NCBI RefSeq assembly: GCF_009914755.1
Contig: NC_060935.1
DNA length: 64,000 bases
Direction: 5' to 3' (one strand)
Origin: the human T2T-CHM13v2.0 reference genome, Homo sapiens
Part shown: one piece after another, positions 30,201-44,663 of the stretch
How positions within the stretch are numbered: the stretch's first letter is position 1
Layout of the letters: every line of letters begins with the position of its first letter
Made by a program: the position numbers and the translations under genes
The notes under the pieces: generated by a model
Database searches by the model: none
What the model saw: the letters and a program-made list of their open reading frames with translations, nothing else
Told to the model about the DNA's origin: nothing

Positions 30201-31956
30201 ATGCTTATACTGCAAGGATTTTTATATCATCTGCTTTCTTTAATGTTTTAGAGAAAATTATAAAGATACACACACCTGTCACATAGTTCTTACCACCAAG
30301 GTCCCATAACATAGTGGTTGACCTAGACATCTGGGTATTGTAGAAAATAATAGAAAGCTCTTAAATGCAAGCATGAGGACAGGTTTATTTTTAAACTGTC
30401 TGTTGTATGCTTATGCAAGAGTCTTGATTTCATGACTAGAGGTGTCTCTTCTGAACAGCCAGCAGATGAACCAGCCTCACGTCCTGGCGCTCTTCACCCC
30501 ACTTGCCCATTCACCCCTACCTTGTGCCAGTCCCCAAATTAGGCCAGTGGCTCCATCCCAAGTCAGTCCCCCTACAACTCTTTGCTATCCCCCTACACGT
30601 GTAGTCAATTTACAAATGGCACTTTCCTGAAGGAGGAGTCATTTTCGTACATTCCAAGAAGTTTCTGCTCCCTGGGGGCCTCTGGGTCAGTGGAGGGCAT
30701 GAACTCATCACCATCCTGACACTGTTCTTATCCAAGGGTTTCTATCTGTGGCCATCCTCTCTCTGCCTCTGCTTGGCCAAAGGCAAGCACCAGGAAGTAA
30801 CCCTACCACACAGTTCTATACTATCTCACTTTATCATTTAAGCCCAGAATAAAATCATAACTTGGTATAACCATTCAATATCCATTTGACTTCTGCCTTT
30901 TTTTTGCATGGGGGGTAGGGCTTCAGCACTTTTTATTTGCTAATGAGATTAGGCACTCAGTAAATGTTTGTTGAATAAGTAGATCCCCGGATATACAATG
31001 TGGAGGGTAGGTTTTCAGGAGGAAGGTTCAGATGAGAGGGTGAGGGGGTCCGGTACCATTCTCCGAGTTAGAAAGGACAGGAATAAAAAGTAGGTTTGGA
31101 TATGGAAATGATGAAATCAGTTTACAGCATTTGGGATTTGCAATGACCCTGGGATGTCCAAAACAAGCAAAAAGCCTAGCAATTAGCCTTGAGAGGTGAC
31201 TCCAAAGAGGGCTGACCTTTTCCAGGACACCATTGCATAATGTCCCTGGATAATAACCACATTTCCTACTGTGAACTTAATCACAACTTAGGGGAAAACC
31301 TATTAGCGTTATTCAGTAATGAAGGGAAGCATTTCCTGCTACTTGCTGATAGGTGAGAGTAGGTGACAGCCCAGAAGGATGAAAAGAGGAATCCTATGCT
31401 GAAGAAAAGATAGAAATAAAACATTTTATGATCTTATGATCATATTATCCAATAACAATAGACTATATTTTTAGCTAATCTTTGAACCACCTCCTTCTCA
31501 CAAAGTTCTAAACAGGAAACAAAATGCAACATTTCCAAAATCTTGGCTCGATTTAATATTGGCATCATATGACTTTGACATTAGGGGCAAAGGAAGTAGA
31601 ATGAGATGCAGGGAGGACTTTACAACAATTTCATTAAATGGTTCAAAAGACTTCCTTTGGCATTAATCAATTGTTTCAAGACAATAATTTGATGACTTAA
31701 GAATAAGTAAATCAAAAGCATATGTATCAAATTTTCCTTGAAGTATGCTAGGGTTCTAAAGTAAGGAAAACAGCATTTGGCAAAATTCAATCTGCCTTTG
31801 CCAAACCTAAAGTGTTTGAAAAAATAATTTGAGAGGTTTTGCCAAACCCCACATGCCTCTGTGTTCTTCCATCCCACCCAGATCTCCAAAAGTGCAAAAC
31901 TCATACATCTACTCAGCATTCCAAATGACAGATTCCATCTCTGGATTGGCAGGCAC

Positions 31957-32757
31957 ACTTGTTATCTATTGCTGTAGAACAAATTACCCCAAAATTTAGT
32001 GACTTAAAAAAAAACATTATTTCACAGTTTCTCGGGGTCAGGAATTTGAGAGCAACTTAACTGTGGGGTTCTGTATCAGAACCTCTCATGAGGTTGCAGC
32101 CAAGATGTTGGTCAGAGCTGCAGTTATCTGAAGGCTTGACTGCAACTGGAAGATCTGCTTCCAAGGTGGCTCAGTCACATGTTGACAGGAGGCCTCAGAT
32201 GCTTGCTGGCTGTTGGCATGTGAGCTCTGTTCCTTGCCATGTGGACCCCTCCATAGGCTGCTTGAGTGTCCTCATGACTCAAGAACCAGTGATCTAAACA
32301 CAACGGCTAGGAGAAGGCCACAGTGCCTATTATTTTGTAGTCTCAGAAATCACACATCACCACTTCCACCATATTCTATTCATGAGAAGCAAGTCACTAT
32401 GTTCAGCCCACACCCAAGGTGAGAGGAGATAGTCTCCACTTTTTGAATACTGTTGGAGAATTTACTGACTTTTTTTTTTTTCTTTGAGATGGCGTCTCAC
32501 TCTGTTGCCCAGGCTGGAGTGCAGTGGCACGAACTTGGCTCACTACAACCTCCACCTCCCGGGTTCAAGCCATTCTCCTGCCTCAGCCTCCTAAGTACCT
32601 TGGACTACGGGCACATGCCACCACGCCTGGCTATTTTTTTGTGTGTATTTTTAGTAGAGATGGGGTTTTACCATGTTATCCATTACGGTCTCAATCTCCT
32701 GACCTCATGATCCACCTTCTCGGCCTCCCAATATTGACGTATTTTAAAACCACCACA
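31957..32757 (-). mobile_element. MaLR solo LTR (MLT1F/G-like), split by an Alu
   Basis: GTTATCTATTGCTG...ACAAATTACCCCAAAATTTAGTG, ATCTGAAGGCTTGACTG, ends AAAACCACCACA. Confidence 0.85.
32470..32731 (-). mobile_element. Alu SINE, 5'-truncated
   Basis: reverse Alu from poly(T) to CTCGGCCTCCCAA. Confidence 0.94.
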
Positions 32758-33354
32758 TCAGAAGATTCACTTTTACCTGCTTGTGTCTGCCCCAGTCTCT
32801 TGTATCACATGGAACCTCAGAAGGACTTAATCCAACGCATACAGAAAGTCCAGTAAAGGTCTAGTCCCAAACTGGTAAAAACTCTGGAGTCTCACCAGGT
32901 ACTGCTATGGCTGTCTCCCCTCTGCCAGGCTTTTCAGAACTACTGCTGACTATTAGACTAGAACTGCTGAAGCACACACAGCACCAGTGCATTGCCTGAG
33001 GTCTCCATGTAGCCAACTTCAGAGAAATTGACTTTGTCAAAACACTACTCCCCATAATTACTACCTGATGGGGGCTTTCGTGAGATTCCTCTTCCTCTTA
33101 GCCCCTCATACAGCTTTTCTCCTCTGAGGACCCCTGTGTTCTGTACTCAGATTCCACAGGGACCTGATGTTCCTCATGGAACCCTCAGCTACTGTCTATC
33201 TTTGCAATTCCTTGGATTTCTAGGGGCTAATGAGATTGCTTTGACCTCTCTGAAAAGAAAAGATCTCATTCCACTCCCTTTTTGAAAGATCTTCCTCTTT
33301 TTGTCCATATATATATATATATATGGACTTACTTACTTCCTCAAAAAATAGCAG

Positions 33355-33615
33355 TAGAGAGAGAGAAAGAGAGAAACAGAAAAAAAAGATGAGAGAGACA
33401 GGAAGGAGAGACGGGAAGGAGGGGGGAAAAGTAAGGGAGAGAGAGAGAGAAAGAAAGAAAAAGGAAGGAAGAAAGGAAGGAGAGAGAGAGAGAAAGAACT
33501 AAAGAAAGAAAGAATTAAAAAAGGAAAGAGAGAGAAAGAAAACAAAAGAAAAAACAAAAGAAGTAAAAAGAAAAGGAAGGGAAGAAAAGAAAGGAAGAGA
33601 AGGGAAAGGAAGAAA
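33355..33615. repeat. GA-rich polypurine low-complexity tract
   Basis: ~260 bp almost entirely A/G. Confidence 0.92.
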
Positions 33616-34184
33616 GCTTTTTCTACTAGAGGTCTGGACAGTGACAGTCTTAAGTCACAAAACATTCTGTCCCATCATAATCACAACACAGTCATAAGCC
33701 CCCTACAAATTTATAACTAAAGTGTGTAGGGAGTAAAACACAAAAAAGCAATACACCTCAGGACTAATAAAAACACAAGGCAATTTCAGCAATTTCATAA
33801 CAAAACTTCTGCTAAGCTAGGTAACATTTTGCTTTTTTGGATAAAAGTAATAAATCTCCTTTCGTTTAAATGACAGGTGGTCGGGATTGTTCACTTGTAC
33901 TTTTAGAAAATTCCACGTAGATTAGGGAGAGAAAGAAAAAGATCAAGCACTAAGATTAGGACCTAAATCTTTTTCAGCCAAGCAGAAGTTACATTAAAAA
34001 CCCCATGTTTTCAGATTCTTTTGGGGTCCATGAATTGATGCAAGATTTCCCCCTTAGTGCAGGGATGCAGCAATACTTGTGTTGGAATTTACTGGCAGAG
34101 CCTTAGCCTAGTTCTGTAGCCAGTTTCTAGAATCATTTTTACAGTAAGGAAGGTGTTTGTACAGGAAGGATGTGGTGTCAGGAA

Positions 34185-34471
<287 letters not shown>

Positions 34472-34473
<2 letters not shown>

Positions 34474-36639
34474 AGTGAGGTAGCGTGATGACTCCAGCTT
34501 TGTTCTTTTAGCTTAAGATTGTCTTGGCAATGTGGGCTCTTTTTTGGTTCCATGTGAAATTTAAAGTAGCTTTTTCCAATTCGTTGAAGAAAGTCATTGG
34601 TAGCTTGATGGGGATGGCATTGAATCTATAAATTACCTTGGGCAGTATGGCCATTTTCACGATATTGATTCTTCCTATCCATGAGCATGGAATGTTTTTC
34701 CATTTGTTTGTGTCCTCTTTTATTTTGTTGAGCAGTGGTTTGTGGTTCTCCTTGAAGAGGTCCTTCACATCCCTTGTAAGTTGGATTCCTAGGTATTTTA
34801 TTTTCTTAGTGGCAATTGTGAATAGGAGTTCATTCATGATTTGGCTCTCTGTTTGTCTCTTATTGGTGTATAAGAATGCTTGTGATTTTTGCACATTGAT
34901 TTTGTATCCTGAGACTTTGCTGAAGTTGCTTATCAGCTTAAGGAGATTTGGGGCTGAGACGATGGGGTTTTCTAAATATATAATCATGTCATCTGCAAAC
35001 AGGGACAATTTGACTTCCTCTTTTCCTAATTGAATACCTTTATTTCTTTCTCTTGTCTGATTGCCCTGGCCAGAACTTCCAATACTATGTTGAGTAGGAG
35101 TGGTGAGGGAGGGCATCCCTGTCTTGTGCCAGTTTTCAAAGGGAATGCTTCCAGTTTTTGCCCATTCAGTGTGATATTGGCTGTGGGTCTGTCATAAATA
35201 GCTCTTATTATTTTGAGATATGTTCCATCAATACCTAGCTTATTGAGAGTTTTTAGCATGAAGATTCCCTCTTTTTTAATTTTTTGGAATAGTTTCAGTA
35301 TTAATGGTACCAGCTCTTCTTTGTACATCTGGCAGAATTCTGCTGTTAATCCATCTGGTCCTGGGCTTATTTTGGTTGGTAGGCTATTTATTACTGCCTC
35401 GATTTCAGAACACATTATTGGTCTATTCAAGGATTCAATCTTTCTTATTCAGTCTTGGAAGGGTGTATGTGTCAAGGAATTTATTCATTTCCTCTAGATT
35501 TTCTAGTTTATGTGCATATAGGTGTTGATAGTATTCTCTGATGCTTGTTTGCATTACTGTGGGATCAGTGGTAATATCCCCCTCAATATTTCTGATTGTG
35601 TTTATTTGAATCTTCTCTCTTTTCTTCTTTATTAGTTAGCTAGCGATCTATCTATTTTATTAGCTTTTTCAAAAAAAAACAAACAGCTCCTGGATTTGTT
35701 GATCTTTTGAAGGGTTTCTCACGTCTCCATTTCCTTTAGCTCATCTCTGATCTTGGTTATGTCTTGTCTTCTGCTAGTTTTGGGATTGGTGTGCTCTTGG
35801 TTCTCTAGTTCTTTTACTTGTGATGTTAGCTTGTTAACTTGGGATCTTTCCAGCTCTTTAATGTCGGCATTTAGTGCTATAAATTCTCCCTCTTAACACT
35901 GCTTTAGCTGCATCCCAGAGATTCTGGTACACTGTAACTTTGTTCTCATTAGTTTCAAAGAACTTCTTGATTTCTGTCTTAATTTCATCATTTACCCAAA
36001 AGACACTCAGGAGCATGTTGTTCAATTTCATGTAGTTGTATGATTTTGAGTGAACTTTTTAATCTTGAATTCTAATTTGATTGCACTGTGGTCTGAGAGT
36101 CTGTTTGTTATAATTTCAGTTCTCTTGCATTTGCTGAGGAGTGTCTAACTTCCAATTGTGTGATCAATTTTACAGTAAGTACCATGTGGCAATCAGAAGA
36201 ATGTATATTCTGTTGCTTGGGGGTGGAGAGTTCAGTAGATATCTATTAGGTCCGCCTGATGAGAGCTGAGTTCAGGTCCTGAATATCTTTGTTAATTTTT
36301 TGTCTCAGTGATCTGTCTAATATTGTCAGTGGGGTATTAAAGTCTCCCACCATTATTGCGTGAGGGTCTAAGTCTCTTTGAAGGTCTCTAAGAACTTGCT
36401 TTATGAATCTGGGTGTTCCTGTATTGGCTGCATATATATATTTATGATAGTTAGATCTTCTTGTTGAATTGAACGCTTTACCATTATACAATGCCCTTCT
36501 TTGTCTCTTTGGATCTTTGTTGGTCTAAAGTCTGTTTTGTCAAAAACTAGGATTGCAACCCCTGCTTTTTTTGTTTTCCATTTTCTTGGTACATTTTCCT
36601 CCATCCCTTGTCTTTGAGCCTGTGTGTCTTTGCATGTGA
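34472..36639 (-). mobile_element. L1PA ORF2 fragment (EN-RT region), truncated both ends, internal deletion
   Basis: ORFs 34508-35116 ([11 protein letters not shown] motif), 35026-35430, 36246-36706 (GDFNTPL endonuclease motif). Confidence 0.96.
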
Positions 36640-36642
36640 CAT

Positions 36643-36740
36643 ACTGGCGCCTTAATCTTGCATTGTAAGCAATGAATTTCTGTTGTTTATAAATTGCCAA
36701 GTTCAAGGTATTTTTTATAGTAGCAAGAACATTCTAAGAC
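36643..36740 (+). mobile_element. MaLR (MST/MLT1A-like) LTR 3' end
   Basis: AATTTCTGTTGTTTATAAATT.CC...GGTATTTT.TTATAG.AGCA...CTAAGACA. Confidence 0.7.
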
Positions 36741-37345
36741 AGAGGAACAAAAGAGTAACTTTGCAGCGGAGAAGGTTGGCAGATATCACCTTGCTCAAGT
36801 AATGAATGCTAACAGAAACAATAATAAAGCAAATCAAAATGATGTGCCATCTAATATGATGCAAAGATAAAATTCAACATCATTTCTGTGATGTTCCAAT
36901 TTAGTCTAATCTTAACCTAATCATGACAAAATCTGACAAATCTAGAATAAGGAATATTCTACAAAAACAAGAGCCTGTCAAAAGTGTCGAGGTCATGGAA
37001 GTCAAGCAAAGATTACAGAGCTGTTCCAGATTGAAGGCGACTAAGGAAAGATGGTAACTAAATGCAATTCCTGATTCTGGGCTGGACTATTTCCTATAAA
37101 TGACTTTTATTGGTAAAACTGGCAAAACTGGAATTGGGCCTGTGGATTAGATAGTGATCCAATTTAACTTTCTGATTCTCTGGATTGTGTCATACTGGAA
37201 AAGACTCTTGCTTTTTGGAAATACACAATAAAGTATTTGGAGGTGATGAGACATCCTGTCAGAAACTTAGTCCCACATGGCTCAAGAACTAAAAGTTCTT
37301 TATATTACTCTTGAAACACTTTATACATTAAGATTCTTTTAAAAC
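36741..37345 (+). mobile_element. L1MC4-like 3' region
   Basis: AAGAGTAACTTT.CAG.GGAGAA, CTGTTCCAGATTGAAGG.GACTAA, AACTAAATGCAA. Confidence 0.7.
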
Positions 37346-37484
37346 ATATGATTTCTTAGAGTGAACCTTTTCCACCCAGTCTTTTTGTCTGACTTCCAGC
37401 ATGTCTGATTTCTTTAGTATCATGCTGACACAACATGTCAATTTTTTTGTATTCTTAGGCTGCAAGGAAACACCCTTATTTATC

Positions 37485-37935
37485 TATTCATTCATCTATT
37501 AAACAAACACTTATTGATCACTCATTAGGTCCTAAGTAACTTGCTGCATTAAGGATCTAACTGAAAAAAAAAAAATCCAGCACCTTCCTCCAAGGAGTTT
37601 CAGGCTAATAGGGAGACAGAAAAATGAGCAGGTAATAGACGATATGACAAGTGATTATCTGTAGGAATACCAGGTGGTATGGAAGAACAGAGGGGAGGCA
37701 TCTTAGGATGTGTTCAGGAAAAATGAGACCTGAAGGGAAACTAGGAATTACCTAGGAGGAAAGTTCAGCAGGTGTGTTGCCAGCAGGCAGAGGAAAGAAC
37801 ATGCAGAAGGCAGCCGGAAATGAAAAACAGGGAACATGACCTGTTGTAGATACTGCAAGCAGCAGAGAATAACTGAAGCAGAGAGTGTGCAAAGGGAAGG
37901 GTCAAGAGATGAACATAGGAAGGAGGGAGCCTAGG
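37485..37935 (-). mobile_element. L2 LINE 3' relic
   Basis: TTCATTCA...AAACACTTATTGA tail, CCTCCAAGGAG, GCAGAGGAAAGAACATGCA. Confidence 0.6.
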
Positions 37936-39049
37936 GGATGACCGGCTGCCCATGCCTAAAACACCTTCAGCACCTGCTACACCTATGTCTTCCAGGTTAT
38001 TACAACCAGCTCTGGTAATCTAGTCACAGGACTTGTTGCACCCACATCAATACTCACACGCCTTCCAAGAAAGTGGCTCTGAGGAGAGCACGGTTTAGCA
38101 ACCCTAGAACTGTTGGATATTAACAAAGTGAAGCACGTCATTTGCAGCAGCTTCCCTGACAATGTTAGGTTTCTTAGCCAAGTTTTGACAAGTGTTTTTT
38201 GAAAAGAGTTATTGGCATACTTGCTTGCATATCATCTTTCTTCCCAGGATAGAAAGATATTTACAAATGATGTCTGGCAACATAGAATTGGATATTTTTT
38301 ACTCTCCCTAAAATACTTGCTCTATTCTAAACAGCGCATCGCAGTGCACTTCTCCTTGGCAACCTTGTGGTTTCCCTGAATACACATCCAATTACCCAAG
38401 TGGTTGCTATTGCACTGTGGCCTGTTTTCACTTTGGGTGGCAGGCCCTCAGTTCCCTGCTGCCCACTCAACAAGACATTCACTAATTCCAGAACTCCTGG
38501 GCAAAGAATTCCTTCAAATTAACCATGAGCTTTATTTTTAGTGTAAAAGATGTTTGCTTGATAAAAAAAAATTGTTTCATGTAATTATAGTCATTAGAAA
38601 TGGGAATGAGACAATACTTGGTGAACTGATCCCTCCATCTGGTTAGGGTAGGATTATTCTCTGTGACAGATTGGCCATGCTAAACTATACAAACTGAATG
38701 AAGTGAAACCCAGACCATCTGTGCATGGAGCCATTTCTAAGTGGTTAGTACTGCAGAGACCCCTGGATAAGCATTTGCATTGAGCAGTGTAGTAGCACCT
38801 GACATCCTCACGGTACATTCATCCAGCAGCTTGTGGTCAGTTGCTTACTGGATCCAAGGCCAAAGTATAAACAGAATGTCTTGGGTTTCTCCCAGTACAG
38901 TTTAAAGCATGTCAATAGTTTGGTTTTGGCCTCTTCTCATTACTATTTAAGCTATATGACGCATATTTGTGTTTTTGTAAGTCTGCTACATTTTAAGTAT
39001 AAAAGAAGATAAAGCAAATAATAATAATTGCTATTTTTTATTGAGAATT

Positions 39050-39270
39050 TATTACCTGCCAAGCTTTTTTCTAAATAATTCATATTATTTCTAATCTTCC
39101 TAATTATAATCTGCAAAGTAATTATAATTATTCCCATTATATAATTAAGGAAATGGGAGCTTAGAGAAGTTAATTAGCTAGTCGAAGATCAAACATCTAG
39201 TAATCTGATTACAAGCTAGGATTTGAATTCACGGTTGCTGCTAACTTCAAAGCCCATGGGTTTTTTCACC
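39050..39270 (-). mobile_element. MIR SINE
   Basis: ATTATTCCCATT...AAGGAAA..GG.GCTTAGAGAAGT...GGATTTGAA. Confidence 0.7.
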
Positions 39271-39820
39271 CTATCATTGCCTCGTAAAGATACTTATCAT
39301 TTGGTTTATCAAAACAAACCAAATTTATCATTGTTTATCAAAATAAAGTTCTCCATTGTTTATTTTGTATATTGTTTGTCAAGTATTATTGACCATTTGC
39401 TACGTGATGGTCTCTAGTTTAAGATACAAAGAAATTTAAAACATGGTTCCTATCACCAAGGATTACACAATTTAAACAAGGATGGTAGACATACAAACAA
39501 GCAATAAAATAATTTAAAATATGATGAAGCCCATAAAAAGCTGTGCATAGATAGTACTGGAGACATTCAGAAGTGAAAGAGATCTATTCTTGGGGAAGTG
39601 ACAAGGGAAGCCTCCCAAGAGGTAGCATTTGAGCTGAGTCTTGTATGTTCAGATAGTGAAAAGAAGAAAATTCTCGTACAGCCATAGGCAAAAGTGCAGA
39701 GGCAGGAAAAAGCAAACGTTTTCCATTCAGGAAGCAGCAAGGCATTGGTGTGGCTGGAATGTGGAAGAAGATTTCTTATCTGGCACTATCTGGGCTCACC
39801 TACTACCACTCTGCTGCTGC

Positions 39821-39848
<28 letters not shown>
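39821..39848. repeat. (TG)n microsatellite
   Basis: read directly. Confidence 0.95.
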
Positions 39849-39851
<3 letters not shown>

Positions 39852-40094
39852 CACAAATGCACTCAACTGGTAAGCACGGAGACATAGCTGCTGATAAACT
39901 TGGAAAACATAAATGAGTTGAAACACAGACATCATGTAGGGTAGATACAAACCCTAAGAAATGGGAGGTAAGGAGACTATAGTCACACCACTCTCTTGGT
40001 CTTCCCTTTGTCTTTCTTGAGAGTTTCTAACAGGTAAGTGAAACCTGAAAAAGGTTTTAATTATGCTAAGAGATCATCCAAGAATTCATAATAA

Positions 40095-40403
<309 letters not shown>

Positions 40404-40899
40404 TGATTCCTTATCATATACCCTCAACTGCTAATCCAAACCACTTCTATGAGCATAAAATCATTATTTCTGGGGGTTGGACACTGTTCACATGAACTGC
40501 TTTGATATCTTGTCTCTCTACCTCAGAACCCTTGTGTAGCCATACCCTCCTTTCCATATAAAATCCTTCTCATTCTTCTCACACGATCTTTTCCTTCCCT
40601 CTTGTGTTAGAGCAATGGGTTCATTCATAGTCATTTTTCCCAAGTCTAAACCTACCACTTTAATGATTACCTTTATCCCTTCCTAGCTCTGCTGGGCCTG
40701 TATCTTTAATTGTTCTAATTCCTCTTTGGTCCCCAATCTCTCCCTTTCTACTTCCTCTTAGTCTACAAATATCCTAAGTCTCATTTATAATTTTTAAAAT
40801 TTATGATCATGTTAATGTTATTAAAATAAAATCGTATTTATTTTATTATATAAAGTACATTTACAAATTCCCTTTACCTTGTTATTTTTTCCATCAGCC

Positions 40900-41760
40900 A
40901 TCATATTCCACCTTCCTCTATCAAAAGTCTAAAAATAAAACTGGTCTAAACCTAATTTTTTCAATTCCTCACTCTTGCTTCTTAAAGTCCTTCTAATTTG
41001 GCCTACATTTCTCACTGAGATTACTCTCGAAATTCTCTAGTGGCCACCAAATCCAGGGGCTTTACATCATCATTTTCCTTGGTTGCCCCTGTGAAAATCT
41101 GACCAGGCTGAATTGAGCAGGGCTCGTGATCAGTTATTTGTAGTCTGAGCTGTGACACTATTTTCTCAGTTGCCTAAGCCAGAAACCTGCTATCTCTCAC
41201 TCCTTATAGTCCTTGAACCATCAAAATCTGTTGATCCTATGAATGGGCTTCCTGTTTTTTGAAAACCTCCATTCTCGATAACACTACAGTTATTTAATAC
41301 TCATTTTTTTGCTTACATTATTGTAACAGCCTCCTAACTGCACTTCAGCTTCTTGTCTTCACCTCTGATAATCCATTATCTTAAAGACTGCTGCAATATT
41401 CTTTGGAAAATATATATAGGATCATGTCATATCCCTCCATTAAATCCTTTAGAAATTCTATATTTCCCATAGACCTCAGGAACTCTTAAGGATGGCAAAA
41501 CAGGAACTTTGTGTTCTGGTCCATGACACCTAGTTCAGTTCAGTCTAATTTATATTCTCCTTCCAACACTTCATATACTGTGCTCCATGTCTGAATTTAT
41601 AGTTATCTGAAAGGACCATACTCTCTCATATCTCCAAGACTTTACACATTCTATTTTCTCTATCTGAATTTCTCTCTACAATTTCTTTCCACTGGGTGAT
41701 TCATACTTGTCTGTAAGAGTGAGTTCAAGTTGTTCTGTCAAACCACCACCCCATGATCCC
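40900..41760 (+). mobile_element. L2 LINE relics
   Basis: CTCAGTTGCCTAAGCCAGAAACCT, TATTGTAACAGCCTCCTAACTG, GATCATGTCA. Confidence 0.6.
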
Positions 41761-41902
41761 AGAGCCTCAAAGGGGAGATGGCTGTACTGTGTACTTTCAT
41801 GGATCTCACAGGATATTGTAATTCTAGGAATCATCATATCCTACACCCCCCAAGTTCTGGCAGTCAGTGGCATCAGTAATTTGTAAGCATGAGAAAAATT
41901 AA

Positions 41903-42187
<285 letters not shown>

Positions 42188-42213
42188 CCAAAACTTAATT
42201 TTAAAAGAGATTT

Positions 42214-42485
42214 TGCAATCCCAGCACTTTGCAAAGCATTGGCGGGAAGATCATTTGAAGCTAGGAGATCAAAACTAGCCTGGGCAACACAGTGAGATTC
42301 CATCTTCTCACACACAAAAAATTTAAATTATTAGCTGGGCATGGTGGCTTTTGCCAGTAGTCCTAACTACTCAAGAGTGTAAGCAGGAGGATTACTTAAG
42401 CCAGGAGTTTGAGACTGCAGTGAGCTATGATCAGACCACTGCACACTAGCCTGAGTAACAGAGTGAGACCCTGTTTCTAAAAAAA
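42214..42485 (+). mobile_element. Alu SINE (AluJ-like), 5'-truncated
   Basis: diverged arms; TSD AAA(A/G)GAGATTT. Confidence 0.9.
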
Positions 42486-44291
42486 TTTTAGAAAGGAGAT
42501 TTGGTGAGTGATCATTTTGAAATCATGGCCTGTAATTGGTACGAGGTGTAAAAATTAAGCTGTTCCATCTACCCAATCCAAGCTCTTTCAGGCAGGGAAG
42601 GAGAGAGATAGTACTCATACCCATATCTATGATTATCTTTTCAGGAGAGCAAAGAAGACCTGATCTAAGATTTAGACTTTACCATAAAATTAGTACATAT
42701 TTCAAGTAGTAATGGATCATCCTGTATGAGTTACCTGGATCTGTGATGTCTTGTTATTATCCTTTATGCCCATTTCAAACTGCTGAGATTCTGGCACTAG
42801 TTTTCTTCTACAAATTAGGCATCTACTTCATAGGCCCTACTGAATAGAAATAACATCATATGTATGTATACGTTAACTACTTGCTGAACAAGCTAGTGTT
42901 GGTACTTTTTATTTTGACAGACAAGGAAATTGGAGAGACCACCTAGGCATGATCTTCTGTGCTTTTCTTGCATCAAATGTAAAGTTTCTTCTGTGTCCCC
43001 ACCGGTAGCTAGCATGGTAATGAGCATATGGAGGGGGCTAACAAATGCTTAGCATCTGATTGTCTTCTAGTACCACCTGAAGCAGAAAATGTGTTTTGGC
43101 AGCAGATTATATACACTGGAGGGAAAGGAGAAAATAAATTCAAAAACGGTTTTGAAGTTTCAAACCTGAATCACCATGAGAAGGATACTGACACAAAGAG
43201 AAATATGAGAGGGGGTGGTTTTCAGCTCTAGAAAGGGTGGTTTTGGCTATACAGGGGTGGCTTCGGCAATAGAAAAAAAATCATTCAGGTAAAAATGTCA
43301 GAGATAGGTATTTAGATGGCATTTGCTAAGAGATAATATGCAAAGTCTCGGATGTGGTGAGATCTCTGAAGGCAAAAAGACAGAGGAGGAATCCAGGTTT
43401 TTCAGTGTGGAACGTATGTATACGTACATACTCCATGGATATTTTTCTTGCTTAAAACTATTCAAAAACATAAATTTTTGGCACTATTACAAAAACTTAC
43501 CCCCAAAAATGTTCAGATAGAGCAGAAACTTCCAAATTAGAAAACTCAGATTTCTGAAAACCTCAATTTTTAAGAAGACAAAAACTGATGAAAAAACAGA
43601 GTTAAAGAAACTGAAATCAAAACTCATTTTGTGACTTATAAACATGCAAATATGATATTATTTATTCAAATAAATTAATACAGACAATATATTGAATAAA
43701 ATATTGATGTTTTAGACATAATTACTAACAATAAAAATAGCAAAATTAATGTTTATCATCCTATTGTTAGCAAGAAATTTTACAAAGTTCTCTTTCCAAT
43801 ACCAATAACATGCTTGTAAGTTTATTGCATTTTAAAACAAATAATATCATGACTAAGAGGCATTATTTCCTGTCTCTGGCCCTCCATGCAAATGTCTATT
43901 GCCTGCCCAATTCTATATCTTGGATTCGGCTGATGCGTCCTCAATTTTAGCTTTTCAAAATAATCGCCTTTAGGAGAAAATCGTAATTCAATTACAATAG
44001 AAGTAAATTTTTCAAGGCTGATGAAAAGGCATATTAACATAAAAGTAATATGTTAAAATTCCAACTGGGACAACTTGTCCAATCAAGAAAGAATTGTTGC
44101 CACACTTACAGGCCTAGTGCTAATTACTGGTCACTTGTGATTAATCAATAAGAATGGTGATATTTAACAGACTGAACTAAATTCTTCTGAAGAACTATGC
44201 AAGTGTTCATGGGTCAGAATTAAATTCTGACTATAGATTTACATCAGTAGAAATAAACTCTCAGCTTTAAGTTCTGTAAATTCAAAGAATA

Positions 44292-44663
44292 AAGATGCTC
44301 TTCAACTTACAATGAGTTTGGCTTACCATTTTTCAACAAATTACAATGGTCTGAAAGCCATAATCATTCAGTAGAAATCAAACTTCAAATTTTCCTTTTT
44401 TTATCTTTTCCTGGGCTAGTGATATGCAATATGATTTCATTAGGCTGCACTAAATTATCTAACATGAAGCCCATTTTATAACAAAGTGTTGCCTATCTCA
44501 TATAATTTATTGAATACCATATTGAAAGTGTTCTAAGTATGTTTAAAGTAGCCCAAACTAAGCTGTCATGTTTGATAGGTTAGACATATTAAATGTATTT
44601 TCAATTTAATGATATTTTCAACTTATGCTGGGTTTATAACCCCGTCATGCCAAAAAGTACCTA
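44292..44663. mobile_element. Tigger3-like TcMar DNA transposon (internally deleted)
   Basis: AGATGCTCTTCAACTTACAATG terminus and ATTTTCAACTTATG.TGGGTTTAT..AACCCC at other end. Confidence 0.75.

Noticed and set aside
33333-33665. 110-aa hydrophobic F/L/S ORF resembling a membrane protein
   Set aside because: Translation of a polypyrimidine low-complexity tract
34508-35116. Longest ORF (202 aa) with reverse-transcriptase FADD motif
   Set aside because: Fragment of a truncated, internally deleted L1 ORF2; not a retron-like or novel RT system
39860-40040. Strong-looking splice donors (CTG|GTAAGC, CAG|GTAAGT)
   Set aside because: No convincing paired acceptor or reading frame; expected by chance in 64 kb
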